Shown in pieces: positions 12,864 to 26,458 of a stretch of 64,000 bases of DNA; positions within the stretch are counted from its first letter, which is position 1, and each line of letters opens with the position of its first letter. The translations under genes and the position numbers were made by a program. The stretch is from Octopus vulgaris (Eukaryota). The stretch covers positions 68,510,001-68,574,000 of the forward strand of contig OX597823.1 in the NCBI GenBank assembly GCA_951406725.2, in the 5' to 3' direction. The notes under the pieces are model-generated. The model was not told the DNA's origin. It worked only from the letters and a program-made list of their open reading frames with translations, and made no database searches.

Positions 12864-13169
12864 AAGTGAGAAGAAATATCAACTTGATTTAATATATCAA
12901 GTAAAAATCAAAGAAGCATTTGTTTCTTTCCTATCCTGAAATGCCATAGAACTTTCTTTCCAACTTAATATACATGTGTATATTTCTGCTTCTCTGTCTA
13001 TCTATACATGTATGTCTGTTGTTGATTAACAATCCAGAGAAAGAGTACCCAACACAAACATAAAGTGCAAGCATTTAATCAAGACTATCCAGTGGCTAGT
13101 TACTTTGGAGTCTCCATAGCATGTCACTGATCCTTCAGGCAAATACAAGTTTGACTTCTCTGTCTGTCA

Positions 13170-13200
13170 TTGTCTCTCTCTGTCTCCGTATCTCTCTCGT

Positions 13201-13232
<32 letters not shown>

Positions 13233-13326
13233 GTCTCCGTATCTCTCTCGTTCTCTCCCCCCCTCTCTCTCTCTCTCTCTGTCTCCGTATCTCTCTCGTT
13301 CTCCCCCCCTCTCTCTCTCTCTCTCC
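13170..13326. repeat. Compound (CT)n minisatellite, three units
   Basis: CTGTCTCCGTATCTCTCTCGTTCTC occurs three times, separated by (CT)n. Confidence 0.9.
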
Positions 13327-13360
13327 ATATATATATATATATATATATATAAATTATTAA

Positions 13361-13738
13361 GGTAGCTGTTTGCAATTTAGAACTGACAGGTAACAAGTAC
13401 TGTTGTCACTAAAGTGATGGAGAGTGCTAGTAAGCCGCAGCACTACTAGAAATAAGAATCAAAACAACTGTTAGCTACATGAGAGCACTTTCCAAATGGC
13501 TGACAAGAGAAAAAGATGAAAATTGATTAAATCTGAAATCAGCACTAATATTACTCCATCTCACTTGTTGTCGGGAAGGGGCCTTGTCTTCCTAGTCAGC
13601 TATTAATAAAATGCCCTCACATGGCTACGATTTGTTTTTGCTCTTATGTCTAGCAATGCTGATGCTTACTAGCACCCTCCGTCAATTTGGTAACAACTGT
13701 ACTTGTTGCCTATCATTTCTAAACTGCGAATAGCCACC
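13361..13738. mobile_element. MITE with ~75-bp TIRs and TTAA TSD (Kolobok-like termini)
   Basis: TTAA|GGTAGCTGTTTGCAATTTAGAA...GTGCTAGTAAGC versus GCTTACTAGCAC...TTCTAAACTGCGAATAGCCACC|TTAA. GG..CC ends with a TTAA TSD. Confidence 0.8.
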
Positions 13739-13763
13739 TTAAAAATTTATAGTTCTCATTTTA

Positions 13764-13798
<35 letters not shown>

Positions 13799-14829
13799 AT
13801 GGAAGTTAAACATGATTTCAAACCATGGTTTCTCTCATTTAGCTTTTTGTTAACTATACACATCAGCTGATTGAAGAGAAATGTCTAAAAATGTTTCAGA
13901 TGGTGTTCTGTGTAAGTAAAAGTAATCATAAAGTATTTGACATCAATTACTATTATCATGCATTTGTTTTGAATTTTATGAGAAGAAATTGTGGCAAGTG
14001 CCTTCAAGTTGAAATAAGTTTGTTTCTTTTGCTAACAATGGGACTAGGGCAACAATACATAATTTCTCAGTAAAACAGCAGTCATAATGACTAGCCAGGG
14101 ACATTAAAGACCTTGTGATTACCTGAAAGTACATTAACAACAAAGTTCAACCTGTGCTAGTGATTTCTTCTAATCTAGTGATGTATACAATTGATCAAAG
14201 GTCAATTGAATTAATCATAGGTTGTATATGTAATTCTATTTACTTTACAAATAAGTATAGACATATATCAGATTCTACACACTTCTAACATAAGAGTGTG
14301 TATTGAGCACAGTAACACCATTTTATAACAATCTATCCTTAAAAAGTTTCCAACTCTTGATAATGATTCACATAAAAACTATGGTATATTTCATGTCCAT
14401 GCCAAACAAGTCACATAATTTGGCTGCTTCATTCTAAATTAACTTCAAATATATAACTTCAATCACAACAGAAAACTGATTTGTAGCTTTTAATTTTGTA
14501 TCTTTATCTTAATACTAATATTTATTTTTGACTAGGTACATATACCACAGAATCAAACTTGAAGACATTTCAGATTTCAGTTATTATTAGCTGCTTAATT
14601 AAATTAGAGAAATAAACTGTTTCTAAATTTATGTATTTTGTTTGACTAACTTATCTTGTTCTTGTAATCTTATCAGATAATTTAACATTGATAGGCCTTT
14701 TTTGAAATCACAATCCAAGCAATGCATGCAAAATGCAAGCCTGGCTTAGAAACTGGAATTAAAAGAAACAAACAAAACAGGTTCATGTTTCTTTCATAGT
14801 TGGTAAAACATGCTTCAGTATTGCATCAT

Positions 14830-15110
14830 CCTGCTTAACTGCTGTACTGGATCCTTTGCACCTCAAATATTATGAATTCTTTTATACATTTATCTTTGCA
14901 GGACCAAATTTAAGCAAATGCATACAGTGTTCATTGGCATGGTCTCTTGTTTGTCCTCAAAAACTGAAAAATGGGCTTACATACTCCTGTTGTAATTTTT
15001 GGTACATAAGAGCCCATGTAAAAGCTACCAAAATCACTTGTCTTCTTTAATGTTCAGTTTACTACTGCCTCCAGTAATGCTGAAAGTGTTCTTATCTTCT
15101 AGACATATAG
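14830..15110 (+). pseudogene. Possible hAT transposase C-terminal relic
   Basis: TAVLDP.H.K, then FW, then TASSNAESV, in the order of hAT LDPR.K / WW / PASSA..ERVFS. Heavily degenerate. Confidence 0.3.
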
Positions 15111-16014
15111 CATGGAATTCAATATCTATTTTTACTACCTGGTTGTGGTGCACATGAAGAACAAATTTACTAAACTGCAAACTAAATTTAGATTTAGGCA
15201 TTGGCAGTTGGTGATCAAAAGCAGCTCAGCTGTTTGACGAAACTGAGGTCATTAAAAGAGTAGACTATTTTTAAAAGATGGTCTTTGATATACCTACATG
15301 ATGGACTGAGTGTTATCATATCTACAGCTGATTGGCAATGCTGACTGTAATGCTAAAGGCTTTCACTGCAAAAACAAAGTGATTGATAATATCCTGTGTA
15401 TTAGCCAGTGTGCCAGCTAAGTTAAAATGTCTCATAAGTTGTATCTTATTGTTAATCTTATGTTATACTATGTGCAAAAACATTACTTTCAACAAAATAT
15501 TAAGAGATTAACCCTATATATTTAAATGCATTTCCCTTTGCAATACATGAATGTTGTTCGCTAGCTTCTACATACTTATTTTATATTTTAATCTCAATAT
15601 TACTCAATATAGGATTATTTTAATTATGAACATTCTAGGTAAATCTTATTACTGATTTGGTCATATGTCCTAACCAGAATAAAATGTTTTTTGATTCTCT
15701 TGACTTAGAAACAGTAAATTGTAGGTATAATCTATTATATTAAATATTAAAATAAATTGACATGTTTAAATTATATAAATGTATTCATTTTAATACAATT
15801 ATATTTTGAATTTAATTATAATACCTTGAATACATTATAAGGTAAAAAATGTGACTAATATAAAAGTATAGAATAAACGAATCATTGATTGTTTGAATAT
15901 TAAGTACTTATGCCATAGTGAAGAAATACATTTAAAAAATTATAGGTTACCAGAATGATAAACAAAATGTGATTGAAGTTAAATGCCACAAAGTTGTCAA
16001 AATGTCTTTTAACT

Positions 16015-16360
16015 TTTACTTGTTTCAGCCATCAGACTACAATCATGCTGGGGCACCATCTTGAAGTATTTTAGTTGAATGAATTGATTTCAGTACTTCT
16101 ATTGGTTTCCTTTGTTAACTCACCAAGATGTAAACAAATCAGCACCAATTGTCAAGTGGAGGTGGGAGACAAACACAAGCATAAAAACACATACACTCAT
16201 AAATATACACATAGATATATGTATAATTTATGTGTGTGTGTGTGTGTATGATGGACTTCTTTCAATTTCTGTCTACCAATTCCACTCATTAGTATTTAGT
16301 TGACCTGGAGCTATAGTAGAGGTTACTTGCCCTAGGTGTCATACAATGGGACTGAAATTT
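16015..16360 (-). mobile_element. SINE family S2
   Basis: TTTTACTTGTTTCAG...CATGCTGGGGCACC and GTCTACCAATTCCACTCA...GCTATAGTAGAGG.TACTTGCC match the reverse complement of 55240-55730. Confidence 0.8.
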
Positions 16361-18009
16361 AAACATTGCTCCTTGTTCCCATTTATATGTTTTATCAAAT
16401 TGATAAAACAGGGCAGAACCTTAGTATTGACAAGTATTGAAGAATGCAGCATGGAATTAATATTAAAAAATTAAAAAAAGAAGCAAGGAAAATAATTTAT
16501 TTCTAGTCTGAAAACCTGAATAAACAAAGAAAATAGCATTAAGAAATAGAATACTTATTGAATAATGTATACAAAAGAAAGCTATTTAATGTCCCTATTA
16601 TCATAAAATTACATGTCATGAAAATGATTATCTTCACCTCAGTAGAACATTTAGTACCTCATATATGGTTTGTGTTGTTCATGTAGATATTTAAAAGGTA
16701 GATTCTTTTACATATCTGTTATAAAAGCACTTAAAGATTTAATAAATTAATAGCATCACATAGAAATTAATGCAAGGCTGAAGAAAATGATGTGAAAGAA
16801 ATAAGCTAATAAGAAATATTCTACATAATCAAAAATATTAGATCTAAGAACCTATTTTGTCTTATAATAGCATCTATCTCTTGATTATTTTACTTGAAAA
16901 TAACCAAGTCTCTATCCATAAGATAGCAACAGCGAAAAAAAGAGAAAAGGAAAGAGAGAGAGAAAGAGAAAAGGAGAGAAGGAAAAGAGAAAAAGATAGG
17001 GGGAAGGAGAGAGAAATTCAAAGATAGGAATTAATCTGAGCTTTTAATTATTATTTTCTTTAAGCTATCTTCCCATGAAGCCCCCATAGGACCTTCATCA
17101 ACAGCTGCTGATATCTCTGTTGCTTGCAGTCCCTGATCTGCTGTTCTCCTCTATTAAATAGGAATGAAGGAGCTGCACTTTAGCAAAGAGCCTTATGATG
17201 TAGAGTGATTAACACTGGCTATAATTGGCTATTTTTGCAGCAAAACAATTTTGCCATTCTTGTCCATGGTGGTAGATGAAATAAGTTGGTCAACAGAGGG
17301 TGTGGAATTTCTAGTCAGTTTTTTGCTTTTGTGAACATATATTTTTGAGTGAAAAAAAACAAAAAAACTAACCATTTTAATAAACACTGGTTTTTGTCAT
17401 TTAGTGAAGCATAGATATTGTTCAAAATGAAAGTAGAGTCCTATTGTATTCTAATGCAAGAAGATTCGATCTTGGCAATAAGCATTACTGAATTACTCAT
17501 TAGTTTATATTTCATTCAGTAAAATCATAATGATCTCTTCAGTGTACTTGGTCAGTTAACAGATGAAAAGAAAATACTTTATACAAAGCACAATATAATT
17601 ACTCCAAATTCTTCAAGAGAGAAGCTGTAAATTATCTTCGCATTTATTTGAACCTTATATCAAATAATTATTTTATATCCCAGTTTTTGAATTTGCTAAG
17701 TTAACTATATTTGATGTGAGGCTAAATTTCATTTAGGAAATTGTTCATGGGTAAATAAAGAAAACATATCTAATTGTGATATAACAAGCCTGCATTATTT
17801 AACACTATGGTATTTTTGGGAATGCAATTGCTAACTACTGAACTCAAGCAATTTTTAACTATTCTAAAACTATTTTAAATAGATTTGCTTCATCAAATCT
17901 AACTAGAAAAACTGAACAACTAACATATTGTGTTTTGTTGGTATGTAAGACAAATTATTTATTATTTTGTTATAAACACACACACACACACACATAAAAC
18001 AAAGGAACT

Positions 18010-18096
18010 TCATTAGCTTACAGCTGTTTCTGCTGTAAGATGCAGTGGACTCTTAGTTGAGTGTGCATGGACAGCATCCTATAACTTCATTGGAAC
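18010..18096 (-). ncRNA. Decayed hammerhead-like motif (family H2, copy 1)
   Basis: Minus strand: CCAAUGA-AGUUAUAGGA...UCUUACAGCA-GAAA-CAGCUG-UA-AGC. Palindromic stem III and GUA triplet; 5' core mutated. Homologous to 52884-52970. Confidence 0.5.
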
Positions 18097-18727
18097 CTCA
18101 AATATGAAGTGCAATTTATTTGGGTAAAAAAGAATTACAGTTTTAGAATATACAGGGAAAGTATCAGCAGTGAGGAAGTCATTGCTGATGTACATGGAGA
18201 AGTGTGTCCAAAAGGCCTTTTAGACACACTTTTCTATATACATCAGCAAAGACTTCTCTCTATACTCCAAGTTTTCAACTTGTACATCTTTCATCAGTAC
18301 TGTATATCTCGTATATTTTTGGCATGGTGTAAAATTTAACACTTCATAATATAGCTACCAGCAAGTTTTTATGTTGTTTTGTAATTTACTTTGATTCTTA
18401 ATAATCCTATTGATTTGCATATGAACAGTTAACCTCATTATTCTGATTATACACTATGTATATATTCCAAATTACTTTAATTGCCTTCTTTCAACCTACC
18501 TAAATCCAGTAATATAATTACTTTTCCAAAAGTGTTATTACTAGAGTAACAAAGATTGATTTAACCCAATCTCTTGTGTGGTAAAAACTGCACAGAGCAT
18601 TAAACTCATTCTTTCTAATTTTACTCACACTATCTTTTCAACAGTATATTTTCTTAATGTTATCAGATGTCAGATTTTCACGTGCATACAATTAACTGGT
18701 GTGAGAGATAATATATGAGGATATTAA

Positions 18728-18940
18728 GGTAGTGACCTGGCAGAACTGTTTTCTGCATTGGGCAAAATACTTAGCAACATTTCACCTGTCTTTACATTCT
18801 GAGTTCAAATTCCACTAAGGTCTACTTTGCCTTTCATTCTTTCAGGGTCGATAACATAACTTCCAGCTGAGCACTGGGGTTGATATAACCAACTTACTCT
18901 CACTCCCCACCCCCAAATTGTGCCATAACTTTGCAGCTAA
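18728..18940 (+). mobile_element. SINE family S1
   Basis: CTGGCAGAA head, GAGTTCAAATTCC B-box-like motif and S1 core. Confidence 0.85.
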
Positions 18941-19394
18941 TATATAAGGCTATTAAAACCTTAGCTGCAGCATAACATTACAGTAGAAGGAAATTTGATA
19001 TTAAATATGCCAGTTAAACCTATCAAATAATATACAAACTGAATGGAGTGTAAATGATTAATACATGAAAATGAAGCTCAGAGAGTTCAGTCAACTCATA
19101 CTGACCTTGTAGTAGCCAATTGCAAGGCTTGCTGGGATACAGATGTTAAAACTTCTAGTTCATTACCTCAAACCTAATAAATTGCCTGGTATGTATTTTA
19201 TCAATCTCAAATAAGGATGAGAAGCGAAGTTGATCTGGGCATCAAGAGGCATAACCAAGATTGAACAAAATACTACAATGTAATTATTTTCAATACACAC
19301 ACATATCATCACCAACATTGTTTAACGTCTGCCTTCCATGCTAGCATGGGTAGGACATGTGTATATATATACGTATATATATATATATATTTAC

Positions 19395-19592
19395 ATATAA
19401 AGAGAATTCACGAAAAAAATAAAAGACGAAGACAGGTGATGAAGAAAACAAACAGATGTATTAGTATAATGCTCGGGAATTGAAAAAGTCTTTAACATTT
19501 CGAGCCTAAGCTCTTCCATGGAAAGGAACACAGAAAGAAACAAGGAGAGAAAAAAATGTGTGTAGTGGCTACTGATCTATCACGGCGGCTGA
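19395..19592 (-). mobile_element. Short PLE-like repeat with hammerhead-like motif (family H3)
   Basis: Minus strand 19526-19489: CUUU-CCAUGGAA-GAGC-UUAG-GCUC-GAAA-UG-UU-AAAG. Flanked by (TA)n. Architecture similar to 57260-57460. Confidence 0.5.
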
Positions 19593-19612
19593 TATATATA
19601 TATATATATATA

Positions 19613-19843
19613 TCACCATGACCGTGACCGACCAGGCTATCAGATGTTGCTACACATCACTGGTCACTATGCACTTCACATTGTTTTAGCCTTCAAATGA
19701 CGTCACCCTGTTGGCTAAGTGGGCAGGCCATCAGAAGAAAGAATGAGAGAAAGTTGTGGCGAAAGAGTACAGCAGGGATGCCCCCCCCCCCTGCCAGAGC
19801 CTCGTGGAGCTTTTGGTGTTTTTGCTCAATAAACACTCACAAC
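19613..19843. repeat. GC-richer interspersed repeat, probably a truncated SINE body
   Basis: Sharp compositional boundary after (TA)n; abuts the RLE LINE. Family assignment is from memory only. Confidence 0.4.
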
Positions 19844-19844
19844 A

Positions 19845-21546
19845 TGAGAGGAGAAGCAGTGAACATCATAGAAGCTCCTTCATGAGAATTCTTTCTGGAG
19901 GAAAATTTCAAGTGAAGAGATGGAGATGCTCTGTGGCTGGAAGAAATTCAAAGTTATTGTCCCTCCATTACATCCTAGACATACAGCATTGTTGGTAATA
20001 CCCTTATGACTATAATCCAGAAACTTCAGTATGGAAAAGCAACTGGATGAGACTTGATTGTTGGATACTGGTACAAGAAACCATATCTTTTACCAACCAT
20101 AACTTATCAACTTGTACCAGCAAACTCTCAAGGGGAATAGTAGCATACCAGAATGGTTAGCTCTGGCAGAGATAAAACTTATCCCCAAGTGCAGAACCAC
20201 CGACATGGTAAAAAACTACTGGTCAATTGCATGCCAGAACTTAATGTATAAAGTAAAGTATAGAAAGCATGTTTAAACCTCTTCTTCCAAGGCCACTGTG
20301 AAAGTAATCATATCATCATAGCAGAACAAGCAGCTGAGAAGAAGGGAGTCTGGGGATGTGCCGAGCAATTGTTAATAAACAAAACTGTAATGTCAGAGGT
20401 GTTGGAGCATAGCAAGAACCTCATTTCAATGTAGCTGGACTACAAGAAAGCCTTTACTCTGTTCCCCCACTCATGGATTCTAGAAGCCCTTCAACTTGCT
20501 AAAGTTCCAGTGAGCATAATCAAAGCCATAGTTGACCTGACTTCATCGTGGGTTACCATCTTGAAATGAAACACAAGGGAGTGATTCAGACTGCCTTTGA
20601 ATATCATATCATATATCATATCCCTTTGGTAACATCTTTTTAACCACCAAGTGTCAAAGTGCAGTTCTTGACCAAGTTTGCATACATAAGTGTGATAACA
20701 TCATAAGACATGAATAGCATTCCTTGTCTGATATCCTTAAATACATGTCTAAAGAAGTTGCACAACTCTACTGCAATGTAGCATACATCAGCAGAAGACC
20801 ATGCATAGATATGTTTATAGAAAGCTCCAAGATGATAGTAACATTGGTCATCAAAGCAGTATTATCTACCAATGAGACATGATGTTGTAGCTAGGACACT
20901 TTATAATGTGATCTGTCAGAAGGATAACCCCAAGATCAAAGAAATAAGAACCCACAGTATGGTAGAAACTATAGCCACTCATAATAAAAGGAATACTGGT
21001 AGAATGTTCCAGTGAAAAACTTCAATAAAATGTAAACATAACAGACTTGACATAGTGATTTGGGATAGAGAAGAGAAACTGTGTGCAGTTGTGGAAATCA
21101 GCTGCCCAGCAGATGTTAACATAAAGCTAAAGGTCAGCAAAAAAGAAAATATCTATGCTGAACTATTGGAAAATCTACTGTTACACTTTCCAGATTACAA
21201 GTTCAGGTTTATACCTGTAATTATTAGGGCACTGGGATATGTAACACACTGCCTAAATACAACTTGAGAAATTAGGCTTCTCAAAACCAGAAAGGCAACA
21301 GCTGATTCGAAGACTACTGATCTAAGCCATCACTGGAACTGTAAAAATCTGTAAAACTTTCCAGAAGTTTATCATTTAAGTATATATGAGCATGTCTAGA
21401 TATGCAGATATATGCATGAGAATACATACATTAACCAAAACATGAAAAAATATTTTGTTGATGTTGAAATATCACTGAAGGAGCCTCGGATCGAGGTTAG
21501 AACCTGGCTCTTTCCCTCTTGACAAGAAATCTTGAAATAAAACTGA
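19845..21546 (+). mobile_element. R4/Dong-like RLE non-LTR retrotransposon (family D1), decayed and internally deleted
   Basis: RT motifs LIPK...KNY..IAC, EQAA.KKGVWGCAEQLLINK, LDYKKAF.SVPHSWI. RLE region HNR.DIVIWDREEKLC.VVEISCP...IPVII.ALG. 3' end followed by (CATA)n. Confidence 0.85.
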
Positions 21547-23892
21547 TAGATAGACATAAAAACATACAGACATACATACATATGTACATACGTACATACA
21601 TACATACATAGGAATGGGAAAGTGCTTTGCAACTATATGTTACCATGTTTGATTATACTGAGTATTACATGGGCAAATGTCTTCTGCTTTTGAAAGAAAT
21701 TTAGTAGTCATCACATTAAATATATATATATACAAAATGTCATCACACACACACACACACACATGTGTATAATATATATATATAATAAATGCATATTATA
21801 TATGCATATATAGCTGTGTGTGTGTTTAAAGTCTGCTGTTCTTCCATGCTAACGTGGTTCAGATGGGAGGACATTCAGGCAGGATTTTTACAGTTGGATG
21901 CACTTCCTGTCACTAACACCTCCTTTGCAAGTAAAGAATGTTTTTCCAAAGGAATTTAAAACATACAGGTAGAAGATGATTTGTTGACAGAAAATGTTAA
22001 GAAGTGTTTACTGACCCTGAATGTTTTGTGTAACTGAAAGAACACTCATCCCTCTTAGATCAAAGAACTGGACTGTACTTCTAAACATGATTTTTGTTAT
22101 CGAACTGGAAGATCAACCTACACATAATTCAGTGGATTAGAGACACAGTTTAATGCACTTCAGACTTCCTGACTCCTGCCACCATTCAACTACCCCCACT
22201 AGGCATAGTTTGTTTAGATGAAAACACATTAAGCACTCAACATTAACAACAGTTTACATGAACAGGTCAAAAAGACATAACCTAGATTCCATGAATGGAA
22301 TTAGCCTCCTTTACAACCAAATTTCAGTTAAATCAATTACCACTGGGATTTAGAACTATGATAGAAGACACTTGCCCAAGTTTCTGCATTGCGGAAGGAA
22401 ACCCAAAATGATGTAATTATATGGCAAGTTACTTAAGCATATCAGAAATAAAAATAAAAGAAAATGCAATTCATCCTATTCCAGAGCAATATCTTTTGTT
22501 AGCTTTGTTTTTAAACTGTGAAGATGACCAATGCAAGATTGGTAAATATAGTATCCTAGCAATGTGTCACTACACAAGAGAACAAGTCAACATATCCTCC
22601 TTTAAATATTCAATAAGTATGAATGTAAAGAAATATGACAGAATCCAACTGATTAATCCTTAACTTGAAATGTTTTTAAAAATGAAAGAATAGTTTGATG
22701 AAAAACTTCATACATTGTGAGATCAAACTTATTCAAAATAATTACTATAATAATCAATTATCTTCTCCAGTGGTGTGATCTGAATCCTATATTAGATCAA
22801 TTTTCTACAATCAAAGTTACCAATTTTCTAAAACAACTAATTATGAAAAAAACATTTAACACATAAAACAAATATTCTTTGAACGTTTTCCAACATAAGT
22901 TGCTTGATTTAACAGCTGTATTTGAACTAATATTGATAACAATTAAAATCTCATTCTATCACAGCATTCAAAGGTTGGATGAAAAAATAAAATATGAGAT
23001 AAATAATTCCCCATTATATCAATTTCGTTCAACCTTAATTTTTTTTTTTTAAATTTGCAATGAAAGCATCAAGGAGGTGATTTATCTATCTAAACCATCT
23101 AATGTTTTCTTTATAGTCTATTTCAGGAACTTTTGTTAGCTTTACAATGTTGAAGCATTGTTTCTGTTTCTTTCTTTATAGGCATAGAGAAAGATCTAAA
23201 ATAATGAAAAGAAAATCAATAATCATGTTTCCTTTTGCATAGACACAAAAATCTATTACCAAGGAATAGATGAATATACAACTTAGATACTTGCAGTACA
23301 TTACTGGTACATAGTTATTAACTATTTGTTTAGTTATTTTCTTGAGTATGTGCTCTTCTATCTTAGAAATACTAAAGAAATCCAGTTTTTTGCTATTAAT
23401 AATTACTAAGCCAAAAGCAAAAAATTATCTTCGATTTCAAAAGTTTTGGTCGGTAATCTCATATTTGATCTTCAGTGCATAATCCAGTATTACTTTAACA
23501 TGCTATGCGTCAAGTTAGTCACATGATATTTGAAAAACGAAATTATTGCAAATGGAATATATTTACACATAAAGCAAACCAATTTCTTTCAACAACAGAT
23601 GGATATAATAGTTGTATAAAATACATTCAACTAAGTAGCCCCTTATATACTATGTATAAAACATCAACTTGAAACTAAAGTTGTTGTTTTCTTTTCATTA
23701 AACAAAATATTGATTTGAATTATTTACCACTGTGATTTTAGAACTTTTCCGGATCAGTTGTTTTAAAACTAAATATTCATTGCAATGTTTGTAACTATAC
23801 TTTTACATATTTTTGTTTTCTATTTCTTGTACAATATTTATTTATTAACAGAATACCAGAATACTTTTTATAATAACCATTTTTGCAAGTAC

Positions 23893-24095
23893 TCCCTGAC
23901 TGACCCTCATGCCGGTGGCATGTAAAAAGCACCCACTACACTCTTGAAGTGGTAGGTGTTAGGAAGGGCATCCAGCTGTAGAAACTTTGCCAGATCAGAT
24001 TGCAGCCTGGTGCAGCCTCCTGACTTGCCAGTCCTCAGTCAAACTGTCCAATCCATGCCACCATGGAAAGCAGATGTTAAACGATGATGATGATG
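23893..24095 (+). mobile_element. RTE family A 3' end
   Basis: GCCGGTGGCATGTAAAAAGCACCCACTACACTC...(GAT)n. Confidence 0.9.
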
Positions 24096-25050
24096 AATCC
24101 ATAGAAAGCCAATTTCCTTGCTTGCTGTCTATTAATAACTAGAGAGGAATGATGCTGAACAGAAGGATCTAGATAACAGAAATTAGTTTAGAATATAAGA
24201 ACAAACTATTTATCAAATGGAAGGAGTGTAATAGTTCTAAACAAACAAAAAAAAAACTTTCAACAAATAAAATGCCTAATAGACACTCAAAACGAACAAC
24301 AAATCTTCGTTATACGGGCTCTTTTCCTAGGAGCAATCTGCTGTAATTTTAGAATAACTGCAAATCCTGGAATATTTTGTATGCACTTATATATATAATT
24401 TTATTTTATGACAGTATGCCATAAATCATAAATGTTTCAATGACGTATATTAGATATTCCCAACTCTTAAGGCATTATATTTGCTAAGTTTATTATAATC
24501 CATGACAAGATTGTTTTGTTTTCTCCTATAAGAACTAACAAAAATACTGGTCATAGAATGTCTAGAATGTTAGAAGATACATAGAGAAGTGGATGTGATA
24601 CTAGACTATCTGCCCAGTTCTTGAGTTCAAATTCATTGCAGCTAGTTCAATATGTATCTGAAGGAGATTCGTCTTTCGTCTACTTAAAACTTGATGTAAA
24701 ATCTGTTCAAACCTTTAGAAATCACTAGAGACTTAAGAGATATGGTACATGAGAGTTGAAATCTCCTATTAGATTGTTGATATATTTATTCATACTTTTG
24801 TTTAGGAAGATATAACACATAGCCTATGTTACTGGTGCCGAAATAGTTGGACAGTTTTGAATGGCAGAACTGATCAAGCATGAATATGCTTTATTTTATA
24901 ATGATTTGAGAATATTATTGAACGACTTGTTCTAAAGTAATCAGCAATTTCATCTCACTGTGTACAGAAGGAGAGAATTACTAACTTATAAATTGTAATT
25001 ACTGTTGCATTTATTAGTGACAGAATCAAGATTAGTACCAAAAGCCAATA

Positions 25051-25388
25051 TTTATATCCAATTTAATGCAGATGTCTTCTTAGAATGTCAAATTCTGTGT
25101 TACTAGCTGTGAGATACCCTCTCACACAGGTGCATGGTGTATAAAAGCATAGGCACAAATTGTAGAAGACAAGAATAATCTGTTATGGGTACTGGCATTT
25201 CCATATCATGTGATTTCAGAATTCCAGCACCGGAACTCTCATTTCATGTGATTTTAAAGTTATGGCACCCATAACAGACAAACCTCATCTACTACAATTT
25301 ATGTCTACTAACGTGAGAGGATCTCTTTAAGGCTAATAATGCACTATTTGGCATTCTAACAAGATATTCACATTCAGATGGATATAAA
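25051..25388. repeat. ~340-bp degenerate foldback palindrome (MITE-like)
   Basis: TTTATATCCA/TGGATATAAA, TTAGAATGTCAAAT/ATTTGGCATTCTAA, TCTGTTATGGGT/ACCCATAACAGA. Centre near 25228. Confidence 0.8.
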
Positions 25389-25499
25389 GACTTCCCATTA
25401 CATTTATTATTGATGAAAACAAACTGATCTTTAAGAGAAAGGAAATTCATTTTAATTTTCATAACAATAAAATGTTATTATTTATGAATTTGAATACTG

Positions 25500-25695
25500 T
25501 TAAGAGTCATTAGAGCAAACAAAGTGTGACATTTCTTACAGCACCTTAACATCTATGTTCAAATTTCACTGAGGTTAACTTTGCCTTTTATCTTTCCAGT
25601 GTTAATAAAATAAAAGAACAGTCATATACTGGGGTCAATATAATCAACTAACCTCTTCTCCCTAAATTTCTAGTCATGTGCCTTTATAAGAATCA
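25500..25695 (+). mobile_element. SINE family S1, decayed
   Basis: GTTCAAATTTCACTGAGGTTAACTTTGCCTTTTATC...TACTGGGGTCAATATAATC. Confidence 0.75.
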
Positions 25696-26402
25696 ATGAA
25701 TTTCTGTAAAATCTGCATCTAGCATTAAGCAACAAATACCCAACATTTGCTACTAAATACTTTTTATCCCTATTTTAATTCTCAATGATATTTGTCATAC
25801 TAACAAATACAATATGAATTTTGTTCAGTTTAGCTATGTCTATAAATGGTTCCAATTTTTTATTCTTAGGGAAGTGCTGTATTCAAGTTTCACTTTATTG
25901 TAGTTACAAACATTTGTACTGTCATCATGTTGCCTTTCAACCCTGCTAAGTTTATCATGGATTACAATAAATTTGGCAAATATAAGATTTAATTTTAGAG
26001 ACTTTTGAATACTCATACAGTTCTTTTTGTGAACATCTTGATTTTTAGAAGTTTATAATCACTTTTGTTGTAGAATAAGATATTCGGTTATATAAATCCC
26101 CTTTTCATATTGACCATGCCAATTCTATTTCAGAGTTCCAGTTACAAACATTCAGAACAAATTGATTTTCTAAGATTATATACTAAATAGATAGAATGTT
26201 AAATTTGTCAGGAGATATAGTATTTCCTATGAGTAATCTAGGACTAAAAATATATTATACATATTCGAGTACTTGGGCTAAAAATACAAGAGACTGTATG
26301 CATGTGTGTATGCATGAGTAGATCATTAAATCATACCTTGGTTTCACATACTGTCCAAGTATGTATCTATATTCTTCAGAGAATAAGTATTAAGAATAAT
26401 AG

Positions 26403-26458
<56 letters not shown>

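Larger units (their letters stand above)
11335..12970 (+). mobile_element. Decayed mariner transposon interrupted by a MITE and a SINE
   Basis: Frameshifted transposase: YCMLYQFKRG, ITTSDEK, KVMLCVSWDMK.VIYYE, HDNARQH, LAPS..FRLLQHY. Degenerate TIRs GGAAAGAAAG (about 11339) and CTTTCTTTCC (about 12952). Confidence 0.85.
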
